Shown here piece after piece: positions 28,147 through 32,000 of a stretch of DNA of 32,000 bases. Under the pieces are notes generated by a model. It had not been told where the DNA came from. It ran no database searches and saw nothing but the letters and a program-made list of their open reading frames with translations. Source of the DNA: Pseudomonas aeruginosa (GTDB lineage: Bacteria > Pseudomonadota > Gammaproteobacteria > Pseudomonadales > Pseudomonadaceae); assembly GCF_001457615.1 (NCBI RefSeq), contig NZ_LN831024.1, positions 3,510,001 to 3,542,000 of the forward strand, in the 5' to 3' direction. Position numbers and translations under genes: made by a program. Each line of letters begins with the position of its first letter. The first letter of the stretch is position 1.

Positions 28147-28923
28147 ATGATACAGATCGACGCCCTGTCCGCCTTCAACGACAACTACATCTGGCTGTTG
28201 CAAGATGCGACAAGCCGTCGCTGCGCGGTGGTCGACCCCGGCGACGCCAAGCCGGTGGAAGCCTGGCTGGCCGCCCATCCCGACTGGCGGTTGAGCGATA
28301 TCCTGGTGACCCACCACCATCACGACCACGTCGGCGGCGTCGCGGCCCTGAAGGAACTGACCGGCGCGCGGGTTCTCGGCCCGGCCAACGAGAAGATCCC
28401 GGCCCGCGACCTGGCGCTGGAAGACGGCGAACGGGTCGAGGTGCTCGGCCTGGTCTTCGAGATCTTCCACGTGCCCGGCCATACCCTCGGCCATATCGCC
28501 TACTACCACCCGGCGGAGACGCCGCTGCTGTTCTGCGGCGACACCCTGTTCGCCGCCGGCTGCGGCCGTCTCTTCGAAGGCACCCCGGCGCAGATGCATC
28601 ATTCCCTGGCGCGACTGGCCGCGCTGCCGGCCAACACCCGGGTCTACTGCACCCACGAGTACACGCTGAGCAACCTGCGCTTCGCGCTGGCGGTGGAGCC
28701 CGACAACGCGGCGCTGCGGGAACGCTTCGAGGAAGCGACCCGGCTGCGCGAACGGGACCGCATCACCCTGCCGTCGGAAATCTCGCTGGAATTGTCGACC
28801 AATCCATTTCTTCGCGTTTCGGAAAATTCTGTTAAGAAAAAAGCCGACCAGCGGAGCGGCCAGCAAAACCGCACCCCGGAGGAGGTTTTCGCCGTCCTGA
28901 GGGCCTGGAAGGACCAGTTCTGA
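28147..28923 (+). CDS. gloB: Hydroxyacylglutathione hydrolase (glyoxalase II)
   Basis: [10 protein letters not shown] metal-binding motif; [14 protein letters not shown]; [21 protein letters not shown]. Confidence 0.96.
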   Translation: MIQIDALSAFNDNYIWLLQDATSRRCAVVDPGDAKPVEAWLAAHPDWRLSDILVTHHHHDHVGGVAALKELTGARVLGPANEKIPARDLALEDGERVEVLGLVFEIFHVPGHTLGHIAYYHPAETPLLFCGDTLFAAGCGRLFEGTPAQMHHSLARLAALPANTRVYCTHEYTLSNLRFALAVEPDNAALRERFEEATRLRERDRITLPSEISLELSTNPFLRVSENSVKKKADQRSGQQNRTPEEVFAVLRAWKDQF

Positions 28924-28937
28924 AGGTTGGCGAAATC

Positions 28938-28966
28938 TTGACCACTCTTGAGGTCATTTCTAGAAT
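28938..28966 (+). promoter_or_regulatory. Candidate sigma70-like promoter for mltD
   Basis: TTGACC, 17-bp spacer, TAGAAT, ~35 bp upstream of the mltD start. Confidence 0.55.
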
Positions 28967-29000
28967 CGGCTGAATTTTTGCCCGGAACAGCACTCAGCCG

Positions 29001-30605
29001 ATGCCGCCACAGACACGTAAAACCCCCGATCTAGACGCCCTGGCTCGCGCCGTTCGGGTGTCCATCCTGCTCATCGCCGGTGCGCTCGCCGGCTGCCAGG
29101 GCAGCGGCCAGATCAAGGGGGAGGCCCAGGCCAAAGCAGCACGTCCCGGCGCCCGAGCCGTCGACGTCCAGTTCAACCCCTCCTGGCTGCATACCCAGCC
29201 CGGCCAGAACGCCGCCTACAACGACATCTGGGACCGCATGCGCGACGGTTTCCAGCTCCAGGATGCGATCAGCACCAACCCGCGCATCGAACGCCAGCGC
29301 CTCTGGTTCCTCAGCAACCAGTCGTTCCTCGAACAATCGAGCGCGCGCGGCAGCCTCTACATGCACTACGTGGTCGAGCGCCTGGAAGAACGCAACATGC
29401 CGCTCGAACTGGCGCTGCTGCCGGTCATCGAAAGCGCCTATAACCCCTTCGCCCTGTCGCGCAGCAACGCCGCCGGCCTCTGGCAGTTCATTCCCGCCAC
29501 CGGCCAGCATTTCAACCTGCGCCAGACCAATTTCTACGACGGTCGCCGCGACATCACCGCCTCGACCAATGCCGCCCTGACCTATCTCGAGCGCCTGCAC
29601 GACATGTTCAACGGCGACTGGATGCTCGCCCTGGCGGCCTACAACGCCGGCGAAGGCACTGTCAGCCGCGCCATCGAACGCAACGAGAAACTGGGCCTGC
29701 CGACCGACTACTGGAACCTGCCGCTGCCGCAGGAAACCCAGGACTACGTACCCAAGCTGCTCGCCCTCTCACAGATCGTCATGGCGCCGGATTCCTACGG
29801 CATCAGCCTGAACCCGATCAACAACGAGCCCTACTTCCAGGCCGTCCGGGTCAAGCGCGGGATCGACCTGTCCAGCGTCGCCGCGCTGGCGAACCTGGAC
29901 GAGGACGAGCTGTACCAGCTTAACCCGGCCTACAAGCGCCGCGTGACCATGGACGGCCCCCAGCAACTGTTGGTGCCGATGGAGAAAGCGGCGTTCCTGA
30001 CCGCCTCGCTGGACACCCTCAAGCCGAAGGAAGTCACCGCCTGGCAGCAATACCGGGTGCGTAGCGGCGACAGCCTGCACAGCATCGCCAACCGCTATCG
30101 GATCACCGTAGCGGAGCTCAAGAGCGCCAACCGCCTGTCCAGCAACCACCTGCGCAAGGGCCAGCAACTGAGCATCCCCGGGCAGATCGCCGGCGGCGCC
30201 GTCAAGCCGGTCTACCAGCAACTCGCCCGACAGGCTTCCACCCCGGCCAGGACCCGCTCCTATAAGGTCAAGAACGGCGACAGCCTGTGGCAGATCGCCC
30301 GCAACAACGGCGTCGACGTCAACGACCTGAAGCGCTGGAACGGCCTGGACAAGCACGCCCTGAAGGTCGGCCAGACCCTCAAGCTGCAAGGCGGCACCCA
30401 GGCCCTGGCGGCCCGCAAGGGAAACGCCGCCGGCAAGCGCGACAGCGCCACCTACTACAAGGTCAAGCAAGGCGACTCGATGTACCTGATCGCCAAGCGC
30501 TTCAATGTCGAAATGAAGCACCTGCAGCGCTGGAACCCGCGCAGCAAGCAGGCGCTCAAGCCCGGCCAGACCCTGACCCTGTACCTGGACACCGCGAGCC
30601 GCTGA
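29001..30605 (+). CDS. mltD: Membrane-bound lytic murein transglycosylase D (lipoprotein)
   Basis: Lipobox LAGC; SLT domain ELALLPVIESAYNPFALSRSNAAGLWQFIPATG...; three C-terminal LysM repeats. Confidence 0.95.
   Translation: MPPQTRKTPDLDALARAVRVSILLIAGALAGCQGSGQIKGEAQAKAARPGARAVDVQFNPSWLHTQPGQNAAYNDIWDRMRDGFQLQDAISTNPRIERQRLWFLSNQSFLEQSSARGSLYMHYVVERLEERNMPLELALLPVIESAYNPFALSRSNAAGLWQFIPATGQHFNLRQTNFYDGRRDITASTNAALTYLERLHDMFNGDWMLALAAYNAGEGTVSRAIERNEKLGLPTDYWNLPLPQETQDYVPKLLALSQIVMAPDSYGISLNPINNEPYFQAVRVKRGIDLSSVAALANLDEDELYQLNPAYKRRVTMDGPQQLLVPMEKAAFLTASLDTLKPKEVTAWQQYRVRSGDSLHSIANRYRITVAELKSANRLSSNHLRKGQQLSIPGQIAGGAVKPVYQQLARQASTPARTRSYKVKNGDSLWQIARNNGVDVNDLKRWNGLDKHALKVGQTLKLQGGTQALAARKGNAAGKRDSATYYKVKQGDSMYLIAKRFNVEMKHLQRWNPRSKQALKPGQTLTLYLDTASR
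30051..30590 (+). repeat. Three LysM-domain repeats encoded at the mltD 3' end (starting near 30051, 30261 and 30456)
   Basis: YRVRSGDSLHSIANRYRITVAELK, YKVKNGDSLWQIARNNGVDVNDLK, YKVKQGDSMYLIAKRFNVEMKHLQ. Confidence 0.9.
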
Positions 30606-30627
30606 CAGCCCATTGCAGGCCGTCCCG

Positions 30628-30664
30628 AAACGCCACGCCCGCTCCTGCCGGCGTGGCGTTTTCG
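30628..30664 (+). terminator. Rho-independent terminator after mltD
   Basis: AAACGCCACGCC...GGCGTGGCGTTTTC, 12-bp perfect stem with a 10-nt loop; short T tract. Confidence 0.8.
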
Positions 30665-30795
30665 CAAGCGCGGCCAGAACCCCGGACCCTAGGCCGGACA
30701 GGCCCGCGCTCCCTCTTTTTTCCTGTGCGGGCAAGGTGTTACTGTTGCCTGACGATTCGTTGTCAAAAATAGCCAAGGACCCGGACACACGCCTG

Positions 30796-32000
30796 ATGCG
30801 TCGCCTCTCCTTCCTGATCCTCGGCCTGGCCGTGAGCCTGCCCAGCTTCGCCGCGATTACCCAGAGCCATGGTTATGCCCAATTCGGCACGCTCAAGTAT
30901 CCGGCCAATTTCCAGCACTTCGACTGGACCAATCCCGACGCCCCCAAAGGCGGCACCTTGCGCCTGATGGCCTCGGGCAGCTTCGACACGCTCAACCCCT
31001 ACACCCTGAAAGGCACCAGCCCGATCGGCACCGGCGATTTCCTCCAGTACGGAGTCAACGAGCTGAACGAACCATTGATGGTGGGCACCGGCCTGTACGA
31101 CCCGTCCGGCGACGAACCAGCCTCCAGCTATGGCCTGATCGCGAAGAGCGTGGAATACACGGAAAACCGCAGCTGGGTGGTATTCAACCTGCGGCCGGAA
31201 GCGCGCTTCCACGACGGCAGGCCGATCACCGCCAGCGACGTGGCCTTTTCCTATCGCACCCTGGTCAAGCAGGGGCACCCGATGTACCGCACCTACCTGC
31301 AGGAGGTGAAGCGGGTCGATATCCTCACCCCCCACCGGGTGCGTTTCGTCCTGCGGCGCTCCGGCAACCCGCTGCTGATCCTGCGCCTGGGCGAGCTTCC
31401 GGTGCTGCCGCAGCATTACTGGAAGGATCGCGACTTCCGCGCCACCACCTTCACCGCGCCGCTGGGCAGCGGTCCCTATCGCATCGTCGAGGTCGATCCC
31501 GGGCGCCGCCTGGTGTTCGAACGCGTGAAGGGCTGGTGGGGCGAAAAACTGCCGGTGAACCGCGGCAAATACAATTTCGACCGGGTCGTGGTGGACTTCT
31601 ACCGGGACAACGGCGTCGCCTTCGAAGCCTTCAAGGCCGGCGAGTTCGACTTCTACATCGAGCACCAGGCGAAGAACTGGCTGAACAACTATCGCTTCCC
31701 CGCGGTTCTGCGCGGCGATGTGATCCGCACGGAAATCCCGCACCAGATCCCCAGCCAGACCCAGGCGTTGTTCATGAACACCCGTCGCGCCGTGTTCAAG
31801 GAGCGCGCGATACGCCAGGCGCTGGGCGAGATGTTCGACTTCGAATGGACCAATCGCGCCCTCTTCAGCAATTCCTACCTGCGCTCGCGCAGCTACTACC
31901 CGAACAGCGAATTCGCCGCCAGCGGCGTCCCGGAGGGCCAGGAATGGCTGTACCTGTCGCCGTACCGCAAGCAATTGCCGGCGCAGTTGTTCAAACAGCC
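30796..32000 (+). CDS. Extracellular solute-binding protein family 5 (YejA/NppA-type peptide ABC transporter), 5' part; runs off the window
   Basis: Signal peptide MRRLSFLILGLAVSLPSFAA, then ITQSHGYAQFGTLKYPANFQHFDWTNPDAPKGGTLRLMASGSFDTLNPYTLKG; open to the window end, hence absent from the ORF track. Confidence 0.9.
   Translation, partial: MRRLSFLILGLAVSLPSFAAITQSHGYAQFGTLKYPANFQHFDWTNPDAPKGGTLRLMASGSFDTLNPYTLKGTSPIGTGDFLQYGVNELNEPLMVGTGLYDPSGDEPASSYGLIAKSVEYTENRSWVVFNLRPEARFHDGRPITASDVAFSYRTLVKQGHPMYRTYLQEVKRVDILTPHRVRFVLRRSGNPLLILRLGELPVLPQHYWKDRDFRATTFTAPLGSGPYRIVEVDPGRRLVFERVKGWWGEKLPVNRGKYNFDRVVVDFYRDNGVAFEAFKAGEFDFYIEHQAKNWLNNYRFPAVLRGDVIRTEIPHQIPSQTQALFMNTRRAVFKERAIRQALGEMFDFEWTNRALFSNSYLRSRSYYPNSEFAASGVPEGQEWLYLSPYRKQLPAQLFKQ

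Noticed and set aside
29769-31974. Two long minus-strand ORFs (29769-30788 and 30763-31974)
   Set aside because: Antisense to mltD and to the YejA-like gene, which both have strong signal-peptide and domain evidence.
1-32000. Search for CRISPR arrays, transposases, integrases, tRNA genes, retrons or toxin-antitoxin modules
   Set aside because: None was recognised by eye; all large convincing coding regions are assigned to ordinary core families. A tRNAscan, Rfam/Infernal and DefenseFinder run would be needed to exclude small elements formally.

Overview
The 32 kb window is GC-rich chromosomal DNA whose gene content and order match a Pseudomonas aeruginosa-type core region, recognised from protein families rather than by database search. 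From left to right it carries: the 3' end of metH; a YggL-like protein; a YbaK-type prolyl-tRNA editing protein; a DUF1883 protein; an RlmN-like radical SAM methyltransferase; a DUF2970 protein; a possible 38-aa membrane peptide; cysI plus DUF934; a TetR regulator next to a striking tandem palindrome; a hotdog-fold protein; an alpha/beta hydrolase; an AcuI-like reductase; sohB; a histidine phosphatase; an SCP2 protein; an APH/ACAD10-11-type kinase with an SDR; a second SDR divergent from a LysR regulator; a membrane protein; a TauE/SafE permease; nudC; fimL; an enoyl-CoA hydratase/isomerase; nhaB; an APC permease plus ldcA; an NTF2-like protein; dnaQ; rnhA; a SAM methyltransferase; gloB; mltD; and the 5' part of a YejA/NppA-type periplasmic peptide-binding protein. 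I found no mobile element, CRISPR array, rRNA, tRNA or defence island. The many long overlapping ORFs in the track look like GC-driven antisense or out-of-frame artefacts. I do not see convincing evidence of a new multi-gene system. The best leads are modest: a tandem overlapping inverted repeat upstream of the TetR/hotdog pair, an RlmN-like paralogue with all expected cysteines, a CysI-DUF934 overlap, a kinase-SDR-SCP2 neighbourhood, a lone DUF1883 gene, and several possible small or leader ORFs.
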